Notes: generated by a model not told the origin, from the sequence alone. 64,000 nucleotides of DNA from Candidatus Latescibacterota bacterium (GCA_963667175.2 CAXXXF010000016.1:160001-224000), one strand, 5' to 3'; counted from the stretch's first letter, positions 9,148 through 19,368 are shown. Translations and numbers: made by a program.

Positions 9148-9588
9148 TCAGTCGCCACCAAACTCCATGTCCCCCGGCATCTCCCCCACCCGGCGTTCCG
9201 GTCCCGGGCGAAAGTCCGGGACCTTAAGGAGCTGGCTCCCCGCCTCGATCGAATCGTGCGCTCTGATCGCGGGCGCGACGGTGTCCATGGCCCTGTACAC
9301 GTCCAGCGGCAGCGGCTTGCCATCGCGCACGGCGTCTCTGAAGTGAAGGTGAACGTAATAGTCGGCGTCGCCGTGGCCGCTGCCCCGGGCGCCTGGCGGG
9401 ACATCCGTGCGCTGATACTGCCAGTCCACCTCAGCCCAGTCGTTCATCTGGGTATCGGCAAGCCACATCTTCGGCTTTTCGTTGAGCGAACGGCGCCACT
9501 CGATACTGCCCTCGGTGCCGATGAACTGCCACCAGTGGTGGTCGCCGTGCGGCCTGGGCTGGGTAAACCCGCACAACATCCGGACCAC
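9148..9588 (-). pseudogene. C-terminal fragment of a Gfo/Idh/MocA oxidoreductase
   Basis: GTEGSIE, GHGDADY and PLDVYRAMD..AHDS tail motifs; no Rossmann N-terminus. Confidence 0.7.
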
Positions 9589-9591
9589 CGT

Positions 9592-10675
9592 TCACCCACT
9601 CCTGGAAACCCGAACCGGGCCGACGATCAGATCGTCCGGCAGGAGGCTCGTCGTCACGATTGAATGCGAATGGTCGAAGCCATCGGTGGTGACCTGGGCC
9701 ATTGCGGTATAATGCGTGCTTTCTCCGCTTACCCCGCTGCGGTTTCCGCCGCTGTGTCCCCGGAGCCATTTCGGATCGACCAGCTGCTCGCCCTTCCACT
9801 TCCCCCGCGTCGCCAGCAGATGACCGAACCGGGCGATATCCGACGGGCTCATCACCACCCACCCCGGACCGCTTCGCACCACGTGACCGTTGATTTCATA
9901 GGGCGGATCGAGATAGGTATAGGAATCCGGTATGTCCGGATAGAAGTACTTGCTTTCACTCACCGTACGGCCGGTTGTACCAGTCCCACCGCTGTGCCGG
10001 AATGCCGATTTTGCCGAACAGCCGCTCGTCCAGCACCTCTTTCAGGTCGCGGTCCCATACAAAGGTCAGCGCCTGGCCCAGCCGCCAGAATCCGGCGCTG
10101 CTGTAGTGTTCTTTCGTGCCCGGCTTCACGTGGGAATAGAGGGTCATAGAACGGATCGCCGGTCCAGGTTGCCCACTCGGGGGCGCCCTTCGCGTCCCCT
10201 TCGCCCATGCGTTTCCCAGTTCCATGGGGAAACCCTCCCTGGTGCGCGCTACGGTCCTTCGCTCCGATGAGGTGGCGCCAGGTGAGCGTCCGGTGGTGTC
10301 CGCGGTTCAGGGTGTTTGTGCGGATGCGATAGCTCCCCCTCCCCCGTCCAGGTCCTGTGGATCGGTTCGTCGGGATCCAGTATCCCGTCTTCCACGGCGA
10401 ACCCGATCAGCACCCACATGAACGCCTTGCCCATCGATGCCGTCTGAAACCGGTAATGCCGGTCGCCCCAGACATGCACGAGATAACCTCCGCGCGTGAG
10501 GACCGTGCCCCACTTGTCGCCGGTATGGTCCCTCGCCGCCGAACGACGCGCCCTTGATGTCCAGTCCCGACAGAAAGCGTTCGAACGCTTCGCCGTCCAG
10601 TCCGGCTTCAGCCGGCGTGATCTCGACCCAGTCATTACCGGGGTAGGTTACCCAATCCGGGATGTCATTTCCCAA
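9592..10675 (-). pseudogene. Serine hydrolase (beta-lactamase-like fold) with several frameshifts
   Basis: PAEAGLD, TASMGKAF (SxxK), PGTKEHYSS, LFGKIGI and MSPSDIARFGHL motifs spread over 4-5 overlapping ORFs. Confidence 0.75.
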
Positions 10676-10764
10676 GGTACAATCCTTTCAATCTTACACC
10701 ATAATGGGTTGCCTTCCAATAGTTTCAGTGCCTGACGTTCATGTATGATCCGAGGCCGTCAGTC

Positions 10765-11466
10765 TCATTTTCGACTTGAGGTTTGCTCATTTTTCGAGGC
10801 GCGGCCGCTAAACATCGCTACGCAGCCCACGACTTCAATCGAAACGTCCGTGAATCTTTGAACCAGCATTCGTTTCAGCCCTTCGAGGCTGTCGCTTCGA
10901 TTGGAAAAGATCCTCTTCTTATTATAGAAGGCCATCAGTCGCTGCGCCATCCAGCCGTGAGACGGACCGCTTTGCAGCAGGGTTGCGCCGAAAATGACCG
11001 CATTGTGATTCATCACTTCCTTCAGACGGTCGAACGCAACCGCTTTGGATTCAATCGTCCCCGGAAGACAATGCAGCACATAGTTTATGCCTACGGAGTC
11101 AAACCTGCCGACGTCTCCGGGAATCGGTTCCAGGACACTGCCGAGATGCGTACTGGGGCGGTATCGTCCGATCCGTTCGGTTGTGAATTCCAACGTGTTC
11201 GGGTTCGGATCCATCAGCACAATATCCGGCGTGTCTGACGGGAACCGGCAGCGATCCAGGAAATAGCCCGTTCCGACGCCTACGTCGAGGTGATTCGACG
11301 AGACATGGTTGGAATAGAGATCGACAAGATTTTTGGTGGGACACTTCCAGAGAAACCGATTAGATATACCGAGGACCAGGAAGTCATAGACACCGAGTGT
11401 TCTCATGGTGTAGACAGCCTGTCCGGCATCCGTTCGTTCGGTCATATCGGCCATTGGAGACATCAA
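10765..11466 (-). CDS. Class I SAM-dependent methyltransferase
   Basis: HLDVGVGTG motif; FDSVGINYVLHCLPG. Confidence 0.85.
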   Translation of the reverse strand: MMSPMADMTERTDAGQAVYTMRTLGVYDFLVLGISNRFLWKCPTKNLVDLYSNHVSSNHLDVGVGTGYFLDRCRFPSDTPDIVLMDPNPNTLEFTTERIGRYRPSTHLGSVLEPIPGDVGRFDSVGINYVLHCLPGTIESKAVAFDRLKEVMNHNAVIFGATLLQSGPSHGWMAQRLMAFYNKKRIFSNRSDSLEGLKRMLVQRFTDVSIEVVGCVAMFSGRASKNEQTSSRK

Positions 11467-11620
11467 ACAGCGAGTGTAAGGGGTTGATATACGATATTTG
11501 CCACTCGCTCATTATTCCGTTTCAAGGGCAATAGCATCCGAGGCCTACTCCAGGCGCCCGGCAGTCCAAGTGGGAGTTGCGGAACTACGCTCACATTGGC
11601 CAATACCTCATCCAATGTCA

Positions 11621-11839
11621 TCACGGTTTACGCTCCCACTCTTCACGAAGACCATCAACGTACTCTTGAGCATCAATTCCTTGCCAGATTTTCTTACCTA
11701 ATCCACGCAATTCCAAAATGCTCCGGTTCTTGGGCTCCCTCTGGGCGACGAGAGCCAAATCATGAACCGCCATTTCCAACAGGCGAAGGCGCTCCGCGGT
11801 CGGCAACGGTTTGACGTATTTTTCGTATACGTCCACCAA
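11621..11839 (-). CDS. Putative antitoxin; the downstream PIN toxin appears truncated
   Basis: LPTAERLRLL...RSILELRGLGKKIWQGIDAQEYV..LREEW resembles VapC-associated antitoxins; followed by MTLDEVLANVS, then non-PIN sequence. Confidence 0.65.
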   Translation of the reverse strand: MVDVYEKYVKPLPTAERLRLLEMAVHDLALVAQREPKNRSILELRGLGKKIWQGIDAQEYVDGLREEWERKP

Positions 11840-12160
11840 TTGATCCGCCGTACCATTCCCTTTCCCTTTGCGCGTTAAATGGTCACACTGGCTTGACAAA
11901 GCCACGCCGGGACGCAGCCAGGGTGTGAGTCCGATGTCCGCTAACTCCTGAATTTGTAGTTACTTCTGAGATTTGTCGGACGTCGCCAATATACGTAGAT
12001 TCGACTCCCGTTCCTTTGCCAATACAGGTAGGTTTTGCCGGCGAGGAGCCCAGGTCCGTCAACGCGTCGAGGAATCTGAAAACCGCAGTAAACGTACCAA
12101 TAGCCGTGACGTGACGCAACGTTGAGACGCGCGCTCCGGCCAGTCGCCCTTCGCGGCCAG

Positions 12161-12430
12161 TCAGGTATCTACCCGAGCTCGAAGTGGGAATCGATCAGGA
12201 TGGCGGATGGTTTCCAACCCCAGATCTATATCCAAATCGGGCCAATAGAAGTGTCCGGGAGTCGGCTCCTTCACGTTCAGGATGCTTCCCACCGAAGCAT
12301 CTTTAAACCACGGGAAATCCTCGTAAGAGAGGAAAATCTCCTCCTGGCCGGCCAGCAACCAGACGCCGTGTGCGGATATGCCGCTGACCTCAACTTCCGA
12401 AGTGCCGATGCCATGCTGTTTGGAACTCAT
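12161..12430 (-). CDS. DUF2442-domain protein (putative TA partner)
   Basis: FLSYEDFPWF and FYWPDLDIDL motifs. Confidence 0.85.
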   Translation of the reverse strand: MSSKQHGIGTSEVEVSGISAHGVWLLAGQEEIFLSYEDFPWFKDASVGSILNVKEPTPGHFYWPDLDIDLGLETIRHPDRFPLRARVDT

Positions 12431-12629
12431 GTCTTTTCTCCTCTATTATTCCTTCTGCCTCCTTCAGTTGCCGACGCGACAGTCCATAATTCCTGGCAAG
12501 TTCAATCTCGGGCTCTAACCAATACTTGGCCTCACCCTCCGTACAAATCACATGAACATGCATCCGCGGCTCCTCGCGGGAGAAGAAAAAGAACCGGAAT
12601 CCACGCTCCCTGTGAATCGTGGGCGCCAT
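12390..12629 (-). CDS. DUF4160-domain protein
   Basis: PTIHRERGFRFFFFSREEPRMHVHV..GEAKYWL motif. Confidence 0.88.
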   Translation of the reverse strand: MAPTIHRERGFRFFFFSREEPRMHVHVICTEGEAKYWLEPEIELARNYGLSRRQLKEAEGIIEEKRHEFQTAWHRHFGS

Positions 12630-12817
12630 AATTGATCTCCTGCTGTTACAGTTTCATACTGCCTATCCTGTTCATCCGTGTTTACTGGTTTTCCACGAGG
12701 CAATCCCGACAAACGGGCCTTTGGAGCTTCGGACGACGAAAACGGGCCACCAATAGAAACGGCCATTCAAACGTGAAAGTTAAATGGCCATTGTCCGGGC
12801 AGCGAAAGTGGATTTTA

Positions 12818-12893
12818 TGGAGCGGGAAACGGGACTCGAACCCGCGACTTCAAGCTTGGGAAGCTTGCGCTCTACCAGCTGAGCTATTCCCGC
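12818..12893 (-). tRNA. tRNA-Gly(CCC)
   Basis: GCGGGAATAGCTCAGCTGGTAGAGCGCAAGCTTCCCAAGCTTGAAGTCGCGGGTTCGAGTCCCGTTTCCCGCTCCA; cloverleaf with CCA end. Confidence 0.97.
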
Positions 12894-12910
12894 CCCGATT
12901 CTGATGAAAT

Positions 12911-13864
12911 CTACCAACTCCCTCCGAGGGTGTCAAGAATTTTGAGAATGGCGTCGGGCGCGCCGTCTTCGTTCGCGTCGATCCACGTCAGCCGGCGATC
13001 CTTGCGAAACCACGTGAGTTGCCGTTTGGCGTACCGCCTGGTACCCATCTTGATCTGCGCCCCGGTTTCATCCAGGTCCAGTTTCCCGGCCAGATAATCG
13101 AAAACCTCCCGGTACCCGAACGTATTGAGCGCGTTGAGCTCCGGACCGTAACCGCGGCGTTGCAATTCCCGGACTTCGTCGACGAGCCCCGAAGCGAACA
13201 TCGCGTCGACCCGTTCTTCGATCCTCCGGTACAGCAACGACCGGTCCATCCTCAGCCCGAACCACGCCACGCGCCAGTCTCTCTCCGTTTGCGGCGGTTG
13301 CTCGTGAAGCGCCGACAGCGGCGTTCCCGTCAGCTCGAAAACTTCAAGCGCGCGCACGATACGTTTGGTATCGTTGGCGTGCAGGCGTTCGGCCGTTCGC
13401 GGGTCGACACCGCGCAACCTGGCGTATATTCCGGCCGGGTCTTCCTCTGCGCCGGCCATCAGACGCTCCCGGACGGCTCGCGGGGTGCGCGGCATCGGCG
13501 AAAAACCGTCGAGAACCGCCTTCAGATAGAGGCCCGATCCCCCCACGAGTACAGGGATCCGATTTCGCTCCAGAATCGACTCGATTGCCGCGCGAGCGTC
13601 GCCGGCGTAATGCCCGGCGCTATAATCCTCGTCGGGGTTCACCACGTCGATCATGTGGTGTCTCGCAAGGGCACGCTCTTCCACCGTGGGTTTGGCCGTA
13701 CCGATATCCATATGCCGGTAGATCTGACGCGCGTCCGCGGAGACCACTTCACCGCCGAGCACCCTCGCCAGGGCGATGCCAACCCGGGTCTTGCCGGATG
13801 CGGTCGGGCCCACGAGCGCCAGTATGCGGCGCTGCCTATCTGCTGAATCGCCGGTCGATTTCAT
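12911..13864 (-). CDS. miaA: tRNA dimethylallyltransferase
   Basis: GPTASGKT, SADARQIY, DIGTAKP, VGGSGLY and YAKRQLTWF motifs; follows mutL. Confidence 0.97.
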   Translation of the reverse strand: MKSTGDSADRQRRILALVGPTASGKTRVGIALARVLGGEVVSADARQIYRHMDIGTAKPTVEERALARHHMIDVVNPDEDYSAGHYAGDARAAIESILERNRIPVLVGGSGLYLKAVLDGFSPMPRTPRAVRERLMAGAEEDPAGIYARLRGVDPRTAERLHANDTKRIVRALEVFELTGTPLSALHEQPPQTERDWRVAWFGLRMDRSLLYRRIEERVDAMFASGLVDEVRELQRRGYGPELNALNTFGYREVFDYLAGKLDLDETGAQIKMGTRRYAKRQLTWFRKDRRLTWIDANEDGAPDAILKILDTLGGSW

Positions 13865-15668
13865 CGAGAGACATCTTCACCACGGTCGGCCTTCCGTTCG
13901 GACAGACAAACGGTTCCCGTGTGGCGAACAGCCGGTCGATCAGCGCCCGCATCGCCCTCAAAGAGAGTCGCTCTCCCGTTCGGATGGCCGTGTGCCGGGC
14001 GTAGGCGGCCGCCAGTCGATGCTCGAGCGGCGACACAACGTTCCGGCGGCCGGCGGGGACCGAAGACCGGGACTCCGAACCGGTCAGATCGTCGACGATC
14101 TCCTGAAGAAGCCGGCCGTCTTCCCATGCCTTGAGCTCCACCGGAATGGCATCCACAACCACGGTATTCCCGCCAAAATCCCGTACGCCGAAACCCATGG
14201 CTTCAAGCAGCGGCATCGCCTCCCGCACTGCCTGTATCTGCGCCAGGCCGAAGTCAAGCGTGACCGGAAACAGAAGTCGCTGGCCCGATCCCACGTTTGC
14301 TTCGAAGGAACTGAGCGTCTGTTCGTAGATCATCCGCTGGTGGGCCAGGTGCTGATCGACGATAATCAGGCCGTTCTTGATACGCGCTAGGACGTATTTG
14401 TCGTGCACCTGCCAGACCGGGACCTGATCGACGGTTCCATCGTCCGTCAGGTCCGCGCCTTCTTCTCCGCCCGCGCGCTCTTCGCGGCCCTCCTCCGTTT
14501 TCCTTACGGACAGGGAAAGCGCCATCTGCACGTCTTCCAGACCCAGGGGATCCGGAAGATAGGCGTCCCGCTCCACCGGCGCGTCCGCGACGCCTCCTGC
14601 CAGGTCCGGCGCCGCGGACGACGAGCCGTTCGTCAGAATCGCGGGCGCTGCAAATCCGCTGTCCACCTCCGGGACAAGGTCTTCCTCCCTCAATCCCGCG
14701 CGCACGACTTCCGTAACCGCTGCGTAAACCGTTGTCTCGTCCGAAAAACGCACTTCGCGTTTGGTAGGATGCACGTTGACGTCGAGACGGGAGGGATCCA
14801 GCTCCAGGAGCAGCGCAAATGCCGGATGGAAGCCCTTCACCAGCAATCCGCCAAAGCCATCGCGCACGGCGTGCGCCACCGACCGGTCGCGAACCCACCG
14901 CCCGTTGACGACCATTGCCTGCTGGGCGCCCGACTTCCGCGCCAGTTCCGGTCTCCCGGCGAACCCCCAAACCCGGATCCCATGCCGCTCACCGTCCAGG
15001 AAGACGGCGTCGCGGCCCATCTGAACCCCGAATACAGCCTCCAGACGATGTTGGCTTTCCGCCCGTCCCAGGTTCAGGATTTCACGCCCGTTATGAGAAA
15101 GTACGAATGCAATGGATGGATACGCCAGGGCCAGGCCCGTCAGAGCATTCGCCACGTGTTTGAATTCGGTGTCAACGCCCTTCAGGAACTTCCGTCTTGC
15201 CGGCACATTGAAAAACAGGCCGTGGACGGCGACGGTTGTTCCCCGGTCTCGGCCCGTGGACGCGACGTCGCGCACCCGTCCGCTTTCCACGCGCACTCGC
15301 GTGCCCTGCAGCTCCTCCTCGTGGCGCGTCTCGATTGCCATTCGGGACACGGCCGCGATACTTGGCAGGGCCTCGCCGCGAAACCCCAGCGTACGCAGCG
15401 TGCGCAGGTCGGCGAGATCCGAGATCTTGCTCGTCGCGTGCCGTTCCAGAGCCAGCAACGCGTCGTCGGGCGACATCCCGCACCCGTTATCGCTGACCCG
15501 TATGGACTCCTTGCCGCCGCCCGCCACTTCAACCACAACGCGGTCGGCGCCCGCGTCAATGGCGTTTTCCACCAGTTCCTTCACCACGGAGCCCGGTCGC
15601 TCCACGGCTTCGCCGGCTGCGATCCGATTGGCGATTTCGTCGGATAGAACTCGAATCCGGGTGGGCAT
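13836..15668 (-). CDS. mutL: DNA mismatch repair protein MutL
   Basis: IAAGEAVERP, KELVENAIDA, GFRGEAL, DVNVHPTK, DQHLAH and CPNGRP motifs. Confidence 0.97.
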   Translation of the reverse strand: MPTRIRVLSDEIANRIAAGEAVERPGSVVKELVENAIDAGADRVVVEVAGGGKESIRVSDNGCGMSPDDALLALERHATSKISDLADLRTLRTLGFRGEALPSIAAVSRMAIETRHEEELQGTRVRVESGRVRDVASTGRDRGTTVAVHGLFFNVPARRKFLKGVDTEFKHVANALTGLALAYPSIAFVLSHNGREILNLGRAESQHRLEAVFGVQMGRDAVFLDGERHGIRVWGFAGRPELARKSGAQQAMVVNGRWVRDRSVAHAVRDGFGGLLVKGFHPAFALLLELDPSRLDVNVHPTKREVRFSDETTVYAAVTEVVRAGLREEDLVPEVDSGFAAPAILTNGSSSAAPDLAGGVADAPVERDAYLPDPLGLEDVQMALSLSVRKTEEGREERAGGEEGADLTDDGTVDQVPVWQVHDKYVLARIKNGLIIVDQHLAHQRMIYEQTLSSFEANVGSGQRLLFPVTLDFGLAQIQAVREAMPLLEAMGFGVRDFGGNTVVVDAIPVELKAWEDGRLLQEIVDDLTGSESRSSVPAGRRNVVSPLEHRLAAAYARHTAIRTGERLSLRAMRALIDRLFATREPFVCPNGRPTVVKMSLDEIDRRFSR

Positions 15669-15787
15669 GCCGAGACGCCTGTCTTTGCGCATTGCCTGGA
15701 AAGAAACGAAGTGACGCGGTTCAGAACCGCCTTCGCCGCGGCCCTCGGAATCCGGGAAGACCAAAACCCGATAAGCCCCGGTCCGTC

Positions 15788-17188
15788 TCAGGAACGCGTA
15801 CCGCTGACCCTGCCCCCGTTGCCAATCAGGCCCTGGCGCTTCAAACGGTGCAGGGTGCGATCGAACGCGTGGACAACGTGATCCAGATCTGCTTCGGTAT
15901 GCACGGATGCCGTCAATCCGACCAATCCGTTCAGATCGACGCCTTCCAGCTGCATCGCGGCGCGGAACCCGTCCCGCAATGCCGGATTGGGCGCCTTCAG
16001 CCTGCGGAAGTCATAGGTGCCGCCCATGATCGCTTCCAGGCTCGGCGCCATGGGGCCGCTGTCGGGCAGGAACTTCACCCCCGAGAAATCACCGTATACG
16101 ACCCAGTCCGCGCCGTGGTCCGCAATGACGCCGTTGAGGCGTCTGCGCAGGGATTCGCCGTACCGATTCGCCCGTGCGATATGGGTTCCGTCTTCGATGG
16201 CCTTCAGCGTGGCAATCCCGGCTGCCGCGGAAACGGGATTGGCGTTGAAGGTGCCCTGGTGGGGCATTTTCCGGCACGTATCCCACTCCCGGTCTCCCCG
16301 GAACGCCAACAGGTCCATGATATCCTCCCGGCCGGCAAGGCAACCCCCCGGAAGCCCGCCCGCCAGAATTTTCGCCAGCGAAGTGAGATCGGGCCTGACG
16401 TTGTAGTGGGCCTGAGCGCCGCCGGGCGAACATCGAAAGCCTGTGATGACTTCGTCGAAAATCAGCAGCACGTCGTGCCGTAGCGTAACCCGCCGCAAAT
16501 CATCCAGGAAACCCGGTCGGTTCGGCACGACGCCAAACTGGGCGCCGGTAGGCTCCAGAATGACACATGCGACGTCGTCGTCCCGGTCCAGAATCTCCTC
16601 CACCGGATCGATCCGGTTTGGTGGACAAAGGCAAACCGTATCCGCGACTTCACGAAGAACGCCGGCGGGAACAGGTTCGTCGAAATGCGGCAGGACACCC
16701 ACAATGAGGTTGTCGTGCCAGCCGTGGAAGTGGCCGAAGAACTTGAGCACCTTTCGCTTTCCGGTAAACGTCCGGGCCAGCCGGAGCGCCATCAGCGTCG
16801 CCTCCGTGCCCGAACTCGTGAATCGGACGCGTTCGGCAGAAGGAATCAGCTTGCGGACCCATTCGCCCCATTCCACCTCCAGTTCGTGACACGCGCCATA
16901 GTGGGTGCCGCGCGCCACCTGTTCCGAAACGGCCGCCACCATCTCTGGATAACAGTGCCCCAGCATCAGCGCCCCGTGTCCCATCCAGAGGTCCACGTAT
17001 TCCCGGCCGTCCACGTCCCACTTGCGGCCGGCCTCGGCGCGGCTGGCATAAACCGGAAATGGCGCATAGTAGCGCAGGTCGTGGGTGACACCGCCCGGAA
17101 AAATCCGTGACGCTCTTTCGTACAGCGCACGGGAGCGGTCGAGCGTTTCCCGGAACTCCCCGTTTATTCCTTTAATTAATTCATCCAC
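15788..17188 (-). CDS. Class III aminotransferase (glutamate-1-semialdehyde aminomutase-like)
   Basis: RFTSSGTEA, GHFHGWHD, LIFDEVITGFR, LAKILAGG and GTFNANP motifs. Confidence 0.9.
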   Translation of the reverse strand: MDELIKGINGEFRETLDRSRALYERASRIFPGGVTHDLRYYAPFPVYASRAEAGRKWDVDGREYVDLWMGHGALMLGHCYPEMVAAVSEQVARGTHYGACHELEVEWGEWVRKLIPSAERVRFTSSGTEATLMALRLARTFTGKRKVLKFFGHFHGWHDNLIVGVLPHFDEPVPAGVLREVADTVCLCPPNRIDPVEEILDRDDDVACVILEPTGAQFGVVPNRPGFLDDLRRVTLRHDVLLIFDEVITGFRCSPGGAQAHYNVRPDLTSLAKILAGGLPGGCLAGREDIMDLLAFRGDREWDTCRKMPHQGTFNANPVSAAAGIATLKAIEDGTHIARANRYGESLRRRLNGVIADHGADWVVYGDFSGVKFLPDSGPMAPSLEAIMGGTYDFRRLKAPNPALRDGFRAAMQLEGVDLNGLVGLTASVHTEADLDHVVHAFDRTLHRLKRQGLIGNGGRVSGTRS

Positions 17189-17310
17189 AGTTATTTGTCT
17201 CTTTTATTTAACGTGAATATTCAATGTCGTTCCGACGTGATTCACGGACGCCGGCCGCGGATTGGAAAAATAACGAACAGCGAGAAAAAAGCAACCGGCA
17301 ACAGACGCCG

Positions 17311-19368
17311 TCATGCCCGCGCCGGCAACGGGTAGGAAAACGTCCGGTCGGCGTCGACGCCGGAGAGACCCCGGGGAACCTCCGACATGACCCAGAGATG
17401 CCGTTCGGATCCTGCGTGTACAAGAAATCCCCGGGGCCGGTCCGGGCCGTCCCACGCCAACGGTTCGACGCGGCTTACCGAGGGTTCAGTATCCCAGTGA
17501 TGGATAAGCGTGACAAACGTGGCCTCGCGGGAATCCCGGCGGCGGATGAGCAGATCTCCGGTTTCCGTCGCGGGTTGGAGGGGCGCTTTTCCGAGGATGA
17601 TTCGTGCGCCCTTTTCTTCGGGCAGGAATGCCCCCACCCCACCCCCGGGCAGGCCCCAGTCCAGGGAAACCACTTCCTCAGGTACGAGTTCAACCGGCTG
17701 CCGGACGTGGGCATATCCGTCGCCGAAGAGCGTAGCGGTTCCGCGGCGCAAGAGTCCGGTGTATCCCCGCCGATCGTCCGGGTATCTGCACACCCAGTCC
17801 AGCCGGCACTCCCGTGGCGCCGTCACGAGGAACAGATCCCAGAAGTAGGAATCCGTCCACAGAATCACCCGGCGCATGGCAACCCCCAAATAGGGGCCTT
17901 TCTCCCATGAAACACCGGCATCGGCCACTTCGAATCCGCACGTGTGTTTTGAATCGAAGTTCACCAGCCGCCCTTCCGCCGGGGGCTGAGAGCGTCCGTT
18001 GACCGTTACGGTATTGTGGCTGAGTGTCTGGCGGTACCAGCTCTCGTTCAGGCCGACGCCATATCCGGGCGTGCCCAGGTCGGTCGCAACCGGGAGTCCT
18101 CGTACATAGAACGAAATCGACAGTTTGTCAGGATGTCCGTGTCCACCGCCGTGGGGGCCGTACTTCATCAGCAAGCAACTCTGCCGATGATGGGCCTCCC
18201 TGGACCTCAGGACGGCCACTCCGGACGGCTTCAGAACGGCGCTGCTAACGTCGAGCCCACCGTCCGGACCGGGCAGATCCACTCCATAGAGCAGCGCTTC
18301 CACGGCCGTTCGTGGATGGCCGGAGTAATTGCGTTGGAGAATCCGGGCGAAGTCCGGGTCCCTGTACCACCCGTACGCCACCTCGTAAAAGGACTCCGCC
18401 GGCGGCACCCCGTGGCAGACGTCCGACAGCAAGGATGAGAAATACCAGCAGTCGTTGGTGGCGGGCAGCCTGAAATCGGGAAATGCCAGCGACACCGGCG
18501 CACGGAACATCGCCTTCAGCCGGTCGTCGTCCTGCAGGTCCGTGCCGACGTTCTCAGAAACCTGAACGTGAGCAATCAACGCGGCGAGGGTATAGAAGTG
18601 GTAACTGGAGGATCCCTCCCACCACATACCGTCATCCAGAACGCCCTCCCGCAACTGGTGGCGGAATCCGAACCTTTCGTCCAGGGCCACCTTCTGAAAC
18701 CGCGCTTCGTCCAGGCAGATCCCAACCGCCGCGAGTGCGGCATTATGCCAGCATTCGATGTTGTGGATACGGTGGAATTTTTGGCTCAGTATGTGTTCCG
18801 CCGCAAGTGCCAGCAGGTTCGTTTCGATCAGCGTCCGCTCGCGGGCGTCCAGGGTATCCCGGACCAGATCATAGGCTCTCGCAACGGGAATCAACCACAC
18901 CGCCTCGTCGAGTGAGTGATTCGCCACCTTGCCCCAGCCGTACGGCAGTTCCCGCTCGATCGGATACCCCGGATAACGCTCAGCGTAGGCCAGCAGAATC
19001 TCTCTGCATCTTTTCAGATATGCACGGTTTCCATCCAAACGCCACATGAGCGCGAGACGGTACGCCATTTCGGAAAGTCTGTTGTTGACGAACCAGCGCC
19101 AGGCAGAATCGTACGGCTCGCCCGAAAAGACGCGCCCGTCCTTCGGACATCGATGGGCGTTCGGAGAATTCGCGTCAAACGTGAGTTCCACGGCGTGATC
19201 CGGACAAAAGTAATCGTGGTAGTAACCCGCGGGGCGATCCTGCGGACGCATCTTTTGGCCGATAAAGGCATCCGCACCCGCCTTGAGTCGATGGAATGCA
19301 TGGACGAATCCGGCGCGGGTCCGGCGTTGCGTCGCCCGTTCCAGCCGACTGCCGGGGATCAGTTTCAT
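17311..19368 (-). CDS. Heparinase II/III family protein (oligo-alginate-lyase-like)
   Basis: SLDEAVW, IHNIECW, DGMWWEGS..YHFY, YGPHGGGHGHPDKL and HNTVTVNG motifs. Confidence 0.88.
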   Translation of the reverse strand: MKLIPGSRLERATQRRTRAGFVHAFHRLKAGADAFIGQKMRPQDRPAGYYHDYFCPDHAVELTFDANSPNAHRCPKDGRVFSGEPYDSAWRWFVNNRLSEMAYRLALMWRLDGNRAYLKRCREILLAYAERYPGYPIERELPYGWGKVANHSLDEAVWLIPVARAYDLVRDTLDARERTLIETNLLALAAEHILSQKFHRIHNIECWHNAALAAVGICLDEARFQKVALDERFGFRHQLREGVLDDGMWWEGSSSYHFYTLAALIAHVQVSENVGTDLQDDDRLKAMFRAPVSLAFPDFRLPATNDCWYFSSLLSDVCHGVPPAESFYEVAYGWYRDPDFARILQRNYSGHPRTAVEALLYGVDLPGPDGGLDVSSAVLKPSGVAVLRSREAHHRQSCLLMKYGPHGGGHGHPDKLSISFYVRGLPVATDLGTPGYGVGLNESWYRQTLSHNTVTVNGRSQPPAEGRLVNFDSKHTCGFEVADAGVSWEKGPYLGVAMRRVILWTDSYFWDLFLVTAPRECRLDWVCRYPDDRRGYTGLLRRGTATLFGDGYAHVRQPVELVPEEVVSLDWGLPGGGVGAFLPEEKGARIILGKAPLQPATETGDLLIRRRDSREATFVTLIHHWDTEPSVSRVEPLAWDGPDRPRGFLVHAGSERHLWVMSEVPRGLSGVDADRTFSYPLPARA

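Noticed and set aside
11992-12022. tRNA-3'-like fragment (TTCGACTCCCGTTCCTTTGCCA) as an att site
   Set aside because: Degenerate, opposite orientation to tRNA-Gly, and the T-stem does not pair properly.
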